A stretch of 64,000 bases of DNA from an uncultured virus (IMG/VR IMGVR_UViG_3300028920_001041). Taxonomy: Duplodnaviria > Heunggongvirae > Uroviricota > Caudoviricetes. The translations under genes and the position numbers were made by a program. Position 1 is the first letter of the stretch; each line of letters starts with the position of its first letter. The notes under the pieces were generated by a model, which was given only the letters and a program-made list of their open reading frames with translations, did not search any database and was not told the DNA's origin. This document shows, in pieces, positions 46,901 to 55,695 of this stretch. The stretch lies in IMG/VR virus record IMGVR_UViG_3300028920_001041. One strand, given 5' to 3'.

Positions 46901-48148
46901 TTATTTTACTTCTTGCACTGTAACCTTAATAATGCTAGATTCTGTTAATTCTACATAAAAAATATTATTATCAAAATATTCTATACCTACTAAATCTCTT
47001 TGCCAAATTCCTGTAATAGGATTTTGTACCATAATATGAATTAATAAATCTTGAGTATTAAGATTGTGCATTATGGTATGAAAGACTGATGGAACCATAG
47101 AGTGATATTTATAAGTTTCAAGTTTGGTATCACCCCAGTTTAGAACAGTTAGGTCACCTCCCTCAACACCAATTCTCCATACATCGTCTTCTTCATCCCA
47201 TAGTAAGAGCGCAGCAGGGAGAGATCCTCGATTTACTCGCAAACCGGCAAATCTCCCTGTTACACCAGAATTAAGCTCATTCGCATTGAGCATAATTTCT
47301 CGATCATCTATTTCGACATCGTCGGATTGTAATAGTATTCTATCACCTTGGGCTTTAAAAATTCCTTGAATTGTTAAATCCTCTGCTACATTAAGATCAT
47401 GCGCAATATACACATTCTCACCATTAAGTGAGGTATCACCTCCTACTTCTAATCCTTCAGAGATAACAACATCATCAGTGATAACAGTTGGATTTGTAGG
47501 TGACGGTGTAGTAGGTTCTCCACCACCGCCAGTAGTCACTTCAAATTTATCAAGAAACCAATTAACATAACGCAAAAGCGTTATACTACTTTCACCTAGT
47601 CCATATTTATAGTAACTTCTCATTCCGACTGAAGTGTCTATTTCAATAAACTCATCTGTGGATTCTGTAATAGAGGTCAGATTGCCCTCTACATCTTTAG
47701 TGAAATCAAAGAACGTTAGTACCGTAGAATTTCTATTGTGATCCCAGCCATCAGCAGCTACTCCTGTCTGGGCGATATGTTGAATTCCAAATCGTATAGG
47801 GTTGTCTTGAACGGTGTTTAAATACTGGTATTGAACGTAAACTGCAAATTTACCATCTACATCATAAACGCTGGCTTCAGGCAGGGATAATTGAGTTGTA
47901 GATCTTATTTCGATCAATGTATGGTTCTGTATTAGGACGCCATCACTAATCTCAACAACAACACCATTGTTACCATCCAATGAAGCAGTTACATCCAATC
48001 CTTTTAATACTACATTATTACCAATTACTCTCAAAAGATTATTAATAATTACTGGTAATTGATACATGTAGTTTGATGCATTGACTTGGGAGTATTCGCT
48101 GAGATCAATGTACTTGCTAGCATCGCTAGGTCTTCGTAAATCAGCCAT
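46901..48148 (-). CDS. putative baseplate/tail structural protein
   Basis: N-terminal domain paralogous to 48191..49471; RGSLPAALLLWDE and HNLNT motifs shared with fibre genes. Confidence 0.7.
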   Translation of the reverse strand: MADLRRPSDASKYIDLSEYSQVNASNYMYQLPVIINNLLRVIGNNVVLKGLDVTASLDGNNGVVVEISDGVLIQNHTLIEIRSTTQLSLPEASVYDVDGKFAVYVQYQYLNTVQDNPIRFGIQHIAQTGVAADGWDHNRNSTVLTFFDFTKDVEGNLTSITESTDEFIEIDTSVGMRSYYKYGLGESSITLLRYVNWFLDKFEVTTGGGGEPTTPSPTNPTVITDDVVISEGLEVGGDTSLNGENVYIAHDLNVAEDLTIQGIFKAQGDRILLQSDDVEIDDREIMLNANELNSGVTGRFAGLRVNRGSLPAALLLWDEEDDVWRIGVEGGDLTVLNWGDTKLETYKYHSMVPSVFHTIMHNLNTQDLLIHIMVQNPITGIWQRDLVGIEYFDNNIFYVELTESSIIKVTVQEVK

Positions 48149-48190
48149 AATCACTGCCTTTAATTTTGCATAGTTTTATTCACTCCCTAA

Positions 48191-49471
48191 TTATAAACCA
48201 TAATTGCAATCACAAGTACATCCATAGTTACAATTACAGCTACAAACAGCAGGTTCAGTTAAAAATTCAATCTTTGTTACTTGCGCTAGAGGGGCATTGC
48301 TAGCTACATATATTTTATCAATATCTTCATCTACTCCTATCATATTAAGTTCTTCGCCAGAATTATGATGTAAGTTTTGCCCTTCACTCAAAATTGTCCC
48401 TGTAGCACTTTCAACCCAAACCTTACGTTGTGTAGAACCTTCAGTCCAAGATACCCTCATCTTAGTAGGCCTATATGCTGTGGCCCATGGTTTGCCTCCA
48501 ACATCTAAGATCATGTTGTCTCTAGAAGCTTGTAATGTATAATACTTATCATTCCATGATGCGCCTTCTACAATTACCCAATTATCTGGACCCATAAAGT
48601 TATTGTAAAATGGAACATTTGAGAAATATGCATGTGAATCTAATCCTAGATCAGTCATATGCATATTACCATCACGGAATATCTGATTAAAATCTTTAAG
48701 AAATTGTGGTAAACTAGATTCATTATCAATTGATAATGAACTAATATCAAAGAAACCTTTCGATCCTGTGTTATTCGTACCATAATATTTTGCAGCACCA
48801 GGAGATTCTACATCACCTTTAAGAACTATACCTTCTTCGGGATCAAGTATTACAGAAGATCCACCAGATAGTTCAAATAATTGATGTATCATATAACGGG
48901 TTAAGACTCTATTCGTATCACTATATCCGCGAATCCAATAATTCTCACCATTCACTGTTATATATTCATCAATAGATGGGGTAAAAGAGATAACATTATC
49001 TGCCCCATCCTTACTAAAATTGAATATTCCTAATAATAAACGATCCCTAGAATTCACAAATGAATATAACGGGTTTCCTGTAGAATCAATATAATTCATG
49101 TTAAATGAGTGTTTGTTCTGTTCGAATGTCTGAAGAAATCCATAATTACAGAATACGACGATTCTACCTGATGGGTCCAGACCAGATACACCGTCTAATT
49201 GTAATACTACATTTTCTTCTGTAGTTATGAGAGTGTTATCTTGCAGAGCATTGCCAGCTTCCACTGCTAGAGTAACTGAATCAGAAGAATAGGAGACATT
49301 GGTGAGCTCTAACCCACTCATTACAATATCGTCTCCAAAAATTCTATAAACTGAATTTGCTACTCTACTCAAAAACACATCACTTTTCTCAGTGTCATAC
49401 TGAAATACCCTTTGGTCAAAAGGTTCAATGTAGTGCCTTTGAGACGACGGTTCGACAACCCTGTTCGCCAT
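48191..49471 (-). CDS. putative structural protein ending in two CxCxCNYG repeats
   Basis: GGAGG RBS; LKGDVESPGAAKYYGT fibre-like motif; C-terminus CSCNCNYGCTCDCNYGL. Confidence 0.75.
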   Translation of the reverse strand: MANRVVEPSSQRHYIEPFDQRVFQYDTEKSDVFLSRVANSVYRIFGDDIVMSGLELTNVSYSSDSVTLAVEAGNALQDNTLITTEENVVLQLDGVSGLDPSGRIVVFCNYGFLQTFEQNKHSFNMNYIDSTGNPLYSFVNSRDRLLLGIFNFSKDGADNVISFTPSIDEYITVNGENYWIRGYSDTNRVLTRYMIHQLFELSGGSSVILDPEEGIVLKGDVESPGAAKYYGTNNTGSKGFFDISSLSIDNESSLPQFLKDFNQIFRDGNMHMTDLGLDSHAYFSNVPFYNNFMGPDNWVIVEGASWNDKYYTLQASRDNMILDVGGKPWATAYRPTKMRVSWTEGSTQRKVWVESATGTILSEGQNLHHNSGEELNMIGVDEDIDKIYVASNAPLAQVTKIEFLTEPAVCSCNCNYGCTCDCNYGL

Positions 49472-49709
49472 TAAATAATCCTCCCTTTACCAGTATTTTC
49501 CAAAGTTCATAAATCGTTAAAATTAATCTAATTCTTAGATTCGCTTGAGTCAAAGATAAACCCGTTCCGACAAGTATAAGTTAGTCCCCAAACCAGGCCC
49601 AGAAACATTTAAAGGGTGGTAAGAAATTCTAATTTCATAAGTTGAATTTTTTTCTCATGAGTTTTTAAGATTCGAATCTACTATTTAATATCTTATTTTT
49701 GACCTTTTT

Positions 49710-49720
49710 TATATAGAAAT
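49710..49720 (+). promoter_or_regulatory. putative phage early promoter core TATATAGAAAT
   Basis: one of 11 intergenic copies in the right arm. Confidence 0.75.
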
Positions 49721-49827
49721 AATGTTATCAGTTAGTCACAAAAGGTAATACAAAGATTTTATTACTTGTGCGACATAAACCCTATTCGTAGGGTTTATGT
49801 TTGCCCTAAATATGAAAGGAGAATTAG

Positions 49828-50184
49828 ATGGATCTATTATTTCAGCAGTTTTCGTTATACCCAACAATGTTAATTAGTATGTTTGGTATTGACATGTTAC
49901 GGGCAAGACCTAAAGAAGACTTCAAAACATTAGAAGCGAATAGTAAAAAAGTGTGTTTCATTGAATTCGCTACTTTCCCTTTAGCAGGAGAATCAATGGG
50001 ATTAGGATTATTACTTGATATTGAAGGTGCGAGAGTAATTCCAGCATTTATGCGATTTCAAATAATGGATGATGGTGAATATATATTACTTCAATATATA
50101 GAGATAAAAGATGAAGAATATAGAGATAAATTCAATGGGGATTTTAGATCATCTATGGGCGAAGTATTAAGGGAAATAGAATAA
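49828..50184 (+). CDS. hypothetical protein
   Basis: AAGGAG RBS; 118-aa ORF. Confidence 0.75.
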   Translation: MDLLFQQFSLYPTMLISMFGIDMLRARPKEDFKTLEANSKKVCFIEFATFPLAGESMGLGLLLDIEGARVIPAFMRFQIMDDGEYILLQYIEIKDEEYRDKFNGDFRSSMGEVLREIE

Positions 50185-50187
50185 TAA

Positions 50188-50226
50188 TATAGACCGTCAT
50201 TTGGCGGTCTATAATCTTATTTTTAA
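50188..50226 (+). terminator. intrinsic terminator
   Basis: TATAGACCGTCA-TT-TGGCGGTCTATA followed by a T-rich tract. Confidence 0.7.
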
Positions 50227-50232
50227 TTATTA

Positions 50233-50243
50233 TATATAGAAAT
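50233..50243 (+). promoter_or_regulatory. putative early promoter core
   Basis: TATATAGAAAT just after a terminator. Confidence 0.75.
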
Positions 50244-50297
50244 TAATGTTATACGACGATATATAATCGTCGCAACTCGACTTAGAGAGGAGAGACT

Positions 50298-50339
50298 ATG
50301 TGTAAAAACTCAAAAGTATCGAAAGGAAACGGAAGATAA
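50298..50339 (+). CDS. possible 13-aa peptide MCKNSKVSKGNGR
   Basis: GAGAGGAG RBS inside a promoter-to-T-tract cassette. Confidence 0.35.
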   Translation: MCKNSKVSKGNGR

Positions 50340-50433
50340 TATGTTACACATAAGAGATTCGGAACAAATCAAGGTATCGAACCTCTTATTATCGCGTTTT
50401 TTTTGCCCTAAAAATTTAGTTTTTTTGACTCAA

Positions 50434-50444
50434 TATATAGAAAT
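50434..50444 (+). promoter_or_regulatory. putative early promoter core
   Basis: TATATAGAAAT about 60 bp before ORF 50504. Confidence 0.75.
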
Positions 50445-50503
50445 AATATACTCATAGTACACAATCATGTGTATTATAACCCCAACTTAAAAAGGAGAGA
50501 GCA

Positions 50504-51100
50504 ATGTTTGAACCTACGATTCTAATAAGTACTGTCTATAAACTTTTAGCAGGTGTAGGTGGAATAGGACTATCAACCTATGCAGGAAGACAATTGATAC
50601 TTCTAACGGCTATGGAATTCGATGATAAATTCAGTGCCTTTAAGGATGCCGAAGAAGATAAAATCAATCAAGCCATTAAAGCCGGCAAGAAAGGCAAAGA
50701 CCTTCGCAAGATAAAATCAAAGGTCAAGAAAGCAATTAGCGCCGAGAAGAAACGCCTCATTCAACTTAAGATCTCAGAAAAAGGGATCAAAGCAATGTTG
50801 CGTAAACTACGGAAAGCAGGCGATGATAATGCTGCCGACAATCTTAGCAAGTTCGCTAAGAAACACGGCACGAAAGCGACTAAAACTGCGAAAGAAGCAG
50901 AAGTCGTGCCTGATGAAGAGACGACATCTGTCGACTCTGAAGAAGGTAAGAAAGCGGCACCAGCGAAAACGGCCGAAACTTCAGATTCGAAGCCTGCCGC
51001 TAAAACTGCAGAATCCAAGTCAAAGAAGAAACCTGCCAAAAAAACAACTGTCAAAAAACGTGGCCCTGGCCGCCCAAAAACATCGGGCGCCACAGCTTAA
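50504..51100 (+). CDS. Lys/Ala-rich protein with N-terminal hydrophobic segment and AT-hook-like tail
   Basis: AAGGAG RBS; KKPAKK...KKRGPGRPK; histone-H1-like composition. Confidence 0.8.
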   Translation: MFEPTILISTVYKLLAGVGGIGLSTYAGRQLILLTAMEFDDKFSAFKDAEEDKINQAIKAGKKGKDLRKIKSKVKKAISAEKKRLIQLKISEKGIKAMLRKLRKAGDDNAADNLSKFAKKHGTKATKTAKEAEVVPDEETTSVDSEEGKKAAPAKTAETSDSKPAAKTAESKSKKKPAKKTTVKKRGPGRPKTSGATA

Positions 51101-51113
51101 CGACTTAGATATC

Positions 51114-51155
51114 ACCCGGGTGGTTTATCCACCCGGGTTGGATATTGTTTATTTT
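51114..51155 (+). terminator. intrinsic terminator
   Basis: ACCCGGGTGG/CCACCCGGGT stem followed by a T-rich tract. Confidence 0.7.
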
Positions 51156-51169
51156 AGAAAGGAGAATAT

Positions 51170-52108
51170 ATGATCTTCGATAAAGTTTGTCGGGTTGCTG
51201 AAAGAGCAATGCCTGACTTGGCAAGCATGTTAAGTAAATCGAAATTGTTTTGGTTTGATGGAAAACCACATGAATTCTTACCAAAGGAAATCACTGATAA
51301 AGACATGGAGTTCCTTTCTGAACAATTTATGCTACCCTTCCCCATTGTGGCTATTGAAGACGTGGGAAGCTTAGTTATTCTATACGATTTAGACCCTGGG
51401 ATTAGAGGTATAAACACAAAAAGAGGATTTATTGACGTCACTAGAATGGAAACTGACATATCTGCATATGACGATGCAGATAAAGTTAAAGAACAGAAAT
51501 ATCAAAAAGCTTGGGAAAAAGCTGGTATGGCAAACAAAGATCCTATGACAATTTCTTTCGGGGTAATTCATGAAGTAAAATTCATAAATAAGGAAGACTT
51601 TTACACAATCGGATCAGTACATCGAATAGTCCAGGCTTGTGCAAAAGCACGAGATGATGATATCATTTTTGTGGACTACTGTGATCCTGTGCAAATGCGT
51701 GAATTAGGACAAAAAGTTGTTGATAATCATTTAAGAGCTATGTTAAAAAATGCGATGTGTGCAATGCAAGAAGTATTGTACGCAAACACACCAAATAAGT
51801 TTATCTTAGAAGAGTCTCCAGTAAATCGTAGACCTGCAAGAAGAGGAAAGCTATCAAGGTCAAATGATAGACCAGTCTACACATTACTTAAACCTGGGCA
51901 AATTAGATCTAAAATGGAAATAACTGAATCATCAGACGGCGAAAAACAAACTCGGTTATTCCTCGGAAGAAGAGCCCACCCGAGAACATACCATGACCCA
52001 CGGTATGTTAACATGCAGGGGAAGACGGTTATGATACCTGCTGTTTGGCCCGGAGAAAATACTAAAATTGTTGGAGCCAAGCGTTATAAGGTAATGCTTG
52101 ATTTATAA
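51170..52108 (+). CDS. hypothetical phage protein
   Basis: AAGGAG RBS; C-terminal RRAHPR...W motif. Confidence 0.8.
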   Translation: MIFDKVCRVAERAMPDLASMLSKSKLFWFDGKPHEFLPKEITDKDMEFLSEQFMLPFPIVAIEDVGSLVILYDLDPGIRGINTKRGFIDVTRMETDISAYDDADKVKEQKYQKAWEKAGMANKDPMTISFGVIHEVKFINKEDFYTIGSVHRIVQACAKARDDDIIFVDYCDPVQMRELGQKVVDNHLRAMLKNAMCAMQEVLYANTPNKFILEESPVNRRPARRGKLSRSNDRPVYTLLKPGQIRSKMEITESSDGEKQTRLFLGRRAHPRTYHDPRYVNMQGKTVMIPAVWPGENTKIVGAKRYKVMLDL

Positions 52109-52119
52109 GGAGGAGATAT

Positions 52120-52395
52120 ATGTCAACAGAAAAGAAGATATTTGAGGCTACAAGAATAGCTATAGACAAAGTAGATAAAAAAGATAGATTTCTTACATTT
52201 CAACCAGAGAGGGATAAAATTCTTACACTTGATTTAAAAGAAGTAAAGCGTATAGAGTGTAACCCAGAAAAGAAAACTATTTTCATCAATGATGATTTAT
52301 TTGTGTATTTTCCTGGACTAAATTTGGATATCAGCTTTGCTGATTATTATGCCCAGTTGGTAGGTGCCTGGGTTAAATTTAAACACCGAGTTTAA
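52120..52395 (+). CDS. hypothetical protein
   Basis: AAGGAGG RBS. Confidence 0.75.
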   Translation: MSTEKKIFEATRIAIDKVDKKDRFLTFQPERDKILTLDLKEVKRIECNPEKKTIFINDDLFVYFPGLNLDISFADYYAQLVGAWVKFKHRV

Positions 52396-52397
52396 GA

Positions 52398-52434
52398 GGG
52401 GGGGATCCTATTAAGTAGGATCCTTCCACATTTT
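52398..52434 (+). terminator. intrinsic terminator
   Basis: GGGGGGGATCCTA/TAGGATCCTTCC stem. Confidence 0.65.
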
Positions 52435-52440
52435 CATTAA

Positions 52441-52451
52441 TATATAGAAAT
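52441..52451 (+). promoter_or_regulatory. putative early promoter core
   Basis: TATATAGAAAT after a terminator. Confidence 0.75.
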
Positions 52452-52497
52452 TGTACTAATGAATCTACTTTTTATTTTTATTAACAGGAGAATCAAT

Positions 52498-52974
52498 GTG
52501 GAATTATATACATTTGAAGAAGTAAGAGATAGGGTGAATCATTTCATTAACGTTGTTAAAAAGAATGGGGAATGGGATGTTATACTTTATGAGATGCTAA
52601 CCGCTGAGTTTAAGAATTATTATACACCTAATATTCCATATGATTATAATCAACCATATCAATCCCAAGATTGTAAGATCTATATTAAGAACGGCACATT
52701 TGAAATTGAAATATGTCAAAATATTGAATCCGTATATCCCACTGTTAATGTATTTCAAATAGATGGTACATCAAACCCAGATCAGATAGATACAATATCT
52801 ATGAGAGAATGGTTATATGTTTACTCTAACCCAGAAGGAATGACTCTATTAGAAAAAGTAGAATTCACAATTGAAAACACAGATTGGCAACAATTAGATG
52901 AGGAAAGAAGAAAAAGGTTAGGGCAGGGGATGAGACCAGATGATATTGAATACGATGATGATATTCCCTTTTAA
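52498..52974 (+). CDS. hypothetical protein with SSB-like acidic C-terminal tail (YDDDIPF)
   Basis: AGGAG RBS, GTG start; ends PDDIEYDDDIPF. Confidence 0.75.
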   Translation: MELYTFEEVRDRVNHFINVVKKNGEWDVILYEMLTAEFKNYYTPNIPYDYNQPYQSQDCKIYIKNGTFEIEICQNIESVYPTVNVFQIDGTSNPDQIDTISMREWLYVYSNPEGMTLLEKVEFTIENTDWQQLDEERRKRLGQGMRPDDIEYDDDIPF

Positions 52975-52998
52975 TATTCAACACGATTATATAGAAAT
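52971..52998 (+). promoter_or_regulatory. putative early promoter (extended motif)
   Basis: TTAATATTCAA-N6-TATATAGAAAT. Confidence 0.78.
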
Positions 52999-53029
52999 TA
53001 GAGTTATAAACATTAATTCTGGGAGGATT

Positions 53030-53422
53030 ATGAAAACTAATGAAGACTATTGTAAAGATATGTTAATCGGTATTTTTAAGAGGTTAAATCAGTTACCCAT
53101 GAAAAGGTCTACGGATTGGATAATGGAGATTATCAAAGAACGTGTCGAACTAAACATCGACATATTTAAAAATGCTGAATTAACTATAAAGTTGTGCGGC
53201 AAGAATATTGCAGACTTAGAAAGGCTCCCTGAAGCACGAAGAAACTCAGATTTCGGGGTATCTCTATTGCGAGAAAAGTTTGGCAGTATTATTCATTTAA
53301 TGGGTAATCCTGACAACGAATACCAGAAAGGAGGTGGTGGGGATAAGTTTGCCAAAACTAAAAAAGAAATTGAAGACCTGGCTAGAGGAGAACAACAAAG
53401 TAATAATGGCGAAGGAGATTAA
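53030..53422 (+). CDS. hypothetical protein
   Basis: GGGAGG RBS before ATG 53030. Confidence 0.72.
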   Translation: MKTNEDYCKDMLIGIFKRLNQLPMKRSTDWIMEIIKERVELNIDIFKNAELTIKLCGKNIADLERLPEARRNSDFGVSLLREKFGSIIHLMGNPDNEYQKGGGGDKFAKTKKEIEDLARGEQQSNNGEGD

Positions 53423-53627
53423 GCGTGTCACTAAGGGAGGATATGCTATTCTCGTATCAAAAGGATCTCGATCACAAGAGATCCTTTTTAGTCAAGGCCA
53501 CCAAATAGTTGCTGTGCAAGTTGCATTTAGATTAGGCTGGTTTAAGCCTATGAGATGCGGTTCGCATAATGAAACTATATATGGTTTCGAATATGGAGAA
53601 AATCGCGAGAAATATTTGCGATTTTAG
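53406..53627 (+). CDS. hypothetical protein
   Basis: ORF overlapping the upstream gene, followed by a terminator. Confidence 0.5.
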   Translation: MAKEIKRVTKGGYAILVSKGSRSQEILFSQGHQIVAVQVAFRLGWFKPMRCGSHNETIYGFEYGENREKYLRF

Positions 53628-53629
53628 TG

Positions 53630-53665
53630 ATGCCCGGAGCAATCCGGGCATACAACTCTTTTTTT
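53630..53665 (+). terminator. intrinsic terminator with GCAA tetraloop
   Basis: ATGCCCGGA-GCAA-TCCGGGCAT followed by a T tract. Confidence 0.75.
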
Positions 53666-53691
53666 AATATTCAAGAATTTCATATAGAAAT
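53664..53691 (+). promoter_or_regulatory. putative early promoter (extended motif)
   Basis: TTAATATTCAA-N6-CATATAGAAAT. Confidence 0.78.
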
Positions 53692-53699
53692 AGTGTTAA

Positions 53700-53890
53700 C
53701 ATAGATAGGGTGGATACATTTTTTATGTTTCCACTTTACTATCCTAGGGGGCTTTTAGCTTCCTCCGGCGTGATTATCTAATATCTTCGGATGTTAGGTG
53801 ATCAGGTTAAGTCGGTTCGTCTGCCCGAACAGGGGGACGTTGGTGAATATATCTTCGGATATGTTCACCAACGCCCTTCTGTTTGCAGTA
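53700..53890 (+). ncRNA. putative ~190-nt structured RNA with two cUUCGg-capped long hairpins
   Basis: own promoter, no ORF; TGATTATCTAATATC-TTCG-GATGTTAGGTGATCA and AACAGGGGGACGTTGGTGAATATATC-TTCG-GATATGTTCACCAACGCCCTTCTGTT. Confidence 0.7.
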
Positions 53891-53899
53891 AAATTAGTT

Positions 53900-53927
53900 T
53901 TAATAATTAACCTTTTTATATAGAAAT
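53900..53927 (+). promoter_or_regulatory. putative early promoter (extended motif)
   Basis: TTAATAATTAA-N6-TATATAGAAAT. Confidence 0.75.
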
Positions 53928-54087
53928 AATTAATACATAAAGTTCGAACTTTACGAGGGCCATTCAAATATCCTCGGAAAGAGTCTATTTTAGGCTGTTT
54001 TCTACAAAGCGGAAGGGGAGTGTTTTTGTAAACATTAGATAATATACGGGTACCTATGAGCCTAAAACTAAAAGCTAAAGGAGAATC

Positions 54088-54552
54088 ATGTTTACTGAAA
54101 AGGAGATCGAATTTCTAAAAACCTTGGTATTTACTGATTTAAATCTTAAATATACAGGGGATAGTATTGAATCACTATTAAATTGTGGATATATTAACTT
54201 CAATATTCCCAGAGAAGACGTAATATTTAGGAGAACTCTTCTCACCAAGTTGATGTCCGCTAAAATTAGAACCCACGACAATAGGCCTTCTCCACCATCT
54301 ATATTCAGTCCGGGAGTAGTTCCTAATGCTGTCAACAAAGCTAAAAAGCTTACTGCTGCTCAGATTAATATAATAGCAGGATTGATTATGGAACAAAAGA
54401 AGCTCGAGGCTATTAAAATGTTTCGAACTTACACTGGATTAGGTTTAAAGGATGCGAAGGAGTTTATGGACTTGTTTATTCCAATGGGACATACACCAAG
54501 CAACTTCTCGTATATTAGTGCGTCAAACGCATTCTCGGATATATGTGTATAA
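54088..54552 (+). CDS. protein with ribosomal L7/L12 C-terminal-like domain
   Basis: KKLEAIKMFRTYTGLGLKDAKEFMD; AAGGAG RBS. Confidence 0.8.
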   Translation: MFTEKEIEFLKTLVFTDLNLKYTGDSIESLLNCGYINFNIPREDVIFRRTLLTKLMSAKIRTHDNRPSPPSIFSPGVVPNAVNKAKKLTAAQINIIAGLIMEQKKLEAIKMFRTYTGLGLKDAKEFMDLFIPMGHTPSNFSYISASNAFSDICV

Positions 54553-54562
54553 GGAGATCAAT

Positions 54563-55087
54563 ATGAAGGGTAATCCAATTCCATTTGCTAGGACCTTTCT
54601 TTGGCTAACATGCGAAGAAGATGGTCTTCAAAAAGTTGAACAATTTCAGGGGCAAACATTACTCAAAGCAATTATGTTGCAATTTCAGCATAACCATAGT
54701 TTTATATGTTGGATTGATGATGATTTTGAGAAAGGGATTTCTATTACCGAGAAAGCAGAGATGACGCTTTCTAGATTAGAGAATGGAGATCATGAGATAC
54801 CTATCATTATTATGGATATCACCAACTCGGTTAATCCTTATAGTAAGGTTATTGATCCTATAATAATATTCCCGTCTGATTCTCGAAAACATGAATTCGA
54901 CGATAGCTTCATCGGTTATCAATATGTCATTGATGCTTATATTAAAGCAAATGAAGAAGATGATCAAATCAAATTCAATAGCTTGCAAGAAGCTAAAAAC
55001 GAAGCAAACAATCTTCGGGCAATACAACCTGAAAATATTTATAGAGTTAGAAATGTAACAATACAAGAAGATATTGTTACAACTTGA
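54563..55087 (+). CDS. hypothetical protein
   Basis: AAGGAG RBS before ATG 54563. Confidence 0.72.
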   Translation: MKGNPIPFARTFLWLTCEEDGLQKVEQFQGQTLLKAIMLQFQHNHSFICWIDDDFEKGISITEKAEMTLSRLENGDHEIPIIIMDITNSVNPYSKVIDPIIIFPSDSRKHEFDDSFIGYQYVIDAYIKANEEDDQIKFNSLQEAKNEANNLRAIQPENIYRVRNVTIQEDIVTT

Positions 55088-55123
55088 CCTATTATTATTT
55101 ATCAAGCAGTTGGGAGGCTGATA

Positions 55124-55163
55124 GGGGATAGTCTTGTACTATCCCCAACCTATTTTTCTTTTT
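55124..55163 (+). terminator. intrinsic terminator
   Basis: GGGGATAGT/ACTATCCCC stem followed by a T tract. Confidence 0.7.
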
Positions 55164-55189
55164 AATATTTATAAGTAATATATAGAAAT
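55162..55189 (+). promoter_or_regulatory. putative early promoter (extended motif)
   Basis: TTAATATTTAT-N6-TATATAGAAAT. Confidence 0.75.
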
Positions 55190-55237
55190 ATATAATATAC
55201 ACAATTGACTTTTTGATTAATTAGAAAGGAGAATAGC

Positions 55238-55528
55238 ATGGAGAGATCAAGACAACAATTAATTGATGCACTTGACAAAATGATTTCAATAAGCAAAGCG
55301 AGAGAAATAGATTTTTCAGGTTGCGCATACTTGGAATTTAGAAACCCAGTTGTATCTGGAGATGATTTCGAGAATATTGATGTAACAACTATCCTTGTTC
55401 CTCTGTCAGAAATGAGCTGTGGTTTTGAGGGACGTGAAGTAATTTTACAAAAAGAGAAATTCTTAGACGGTGGGAACAAACCAATCTCAACGTTCAAAGA
55501 GGTATTTTCTTTTAAGGAGATTGCATGA
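55238..55528 (+). CDS. hypothetical protein
   Basis: AAGGAG RBS. Confidence 0.72.
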   Translation: MERSRQQLIDALDKMISISKAREIDFSGCAYLEFRNPVVSGDDFENIDVTTILVPLSEMSCGFEGREVILQKEKFLDGGNKPISTFKEVFSFKEIA

Positions 55529-55695
55529 AATTAATTATCCGATATAAAGATCCGATTCCTATCAAAATGAGACAGTTATATGAAAGAGCATTCAAAGTAG
55601 CATTTGGAGATTGTGTCATTTCTTGGTGGAATCTTAAAGTAATTCGAATAGCAAACATTAAAAATATGGACATCGAGATTCAAGAAGATGATTAA
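55525..55695 (+). CDS. 56-aa hypothetical protein (not in the ORF track)
   Basis: AAGGAG RBS, ATGA overlap, MKLIIRYKDP...QEDD. Confidence 0.65.
   Translation: MKLIIRYKDPIPIKMRQLYERAFKVAFGDCVISWWNLKVIRIANIKNMDIEIQEDD

Noticed and set aside
952..47369. Many + strand and alternate-frame ORFs in the left arm (e.g. 2106, 5556, 14892, 32576, 33185, 38128, 44280)
   Set aside because: Shadow ORFs overlapping well-supported - strand genes; those over the Cys genes merely reflect the repeat periodicity
49660..49685. tRNA suggested by GATTCGAATC
   Set aside because: No cloverleaf in the flanking sequence
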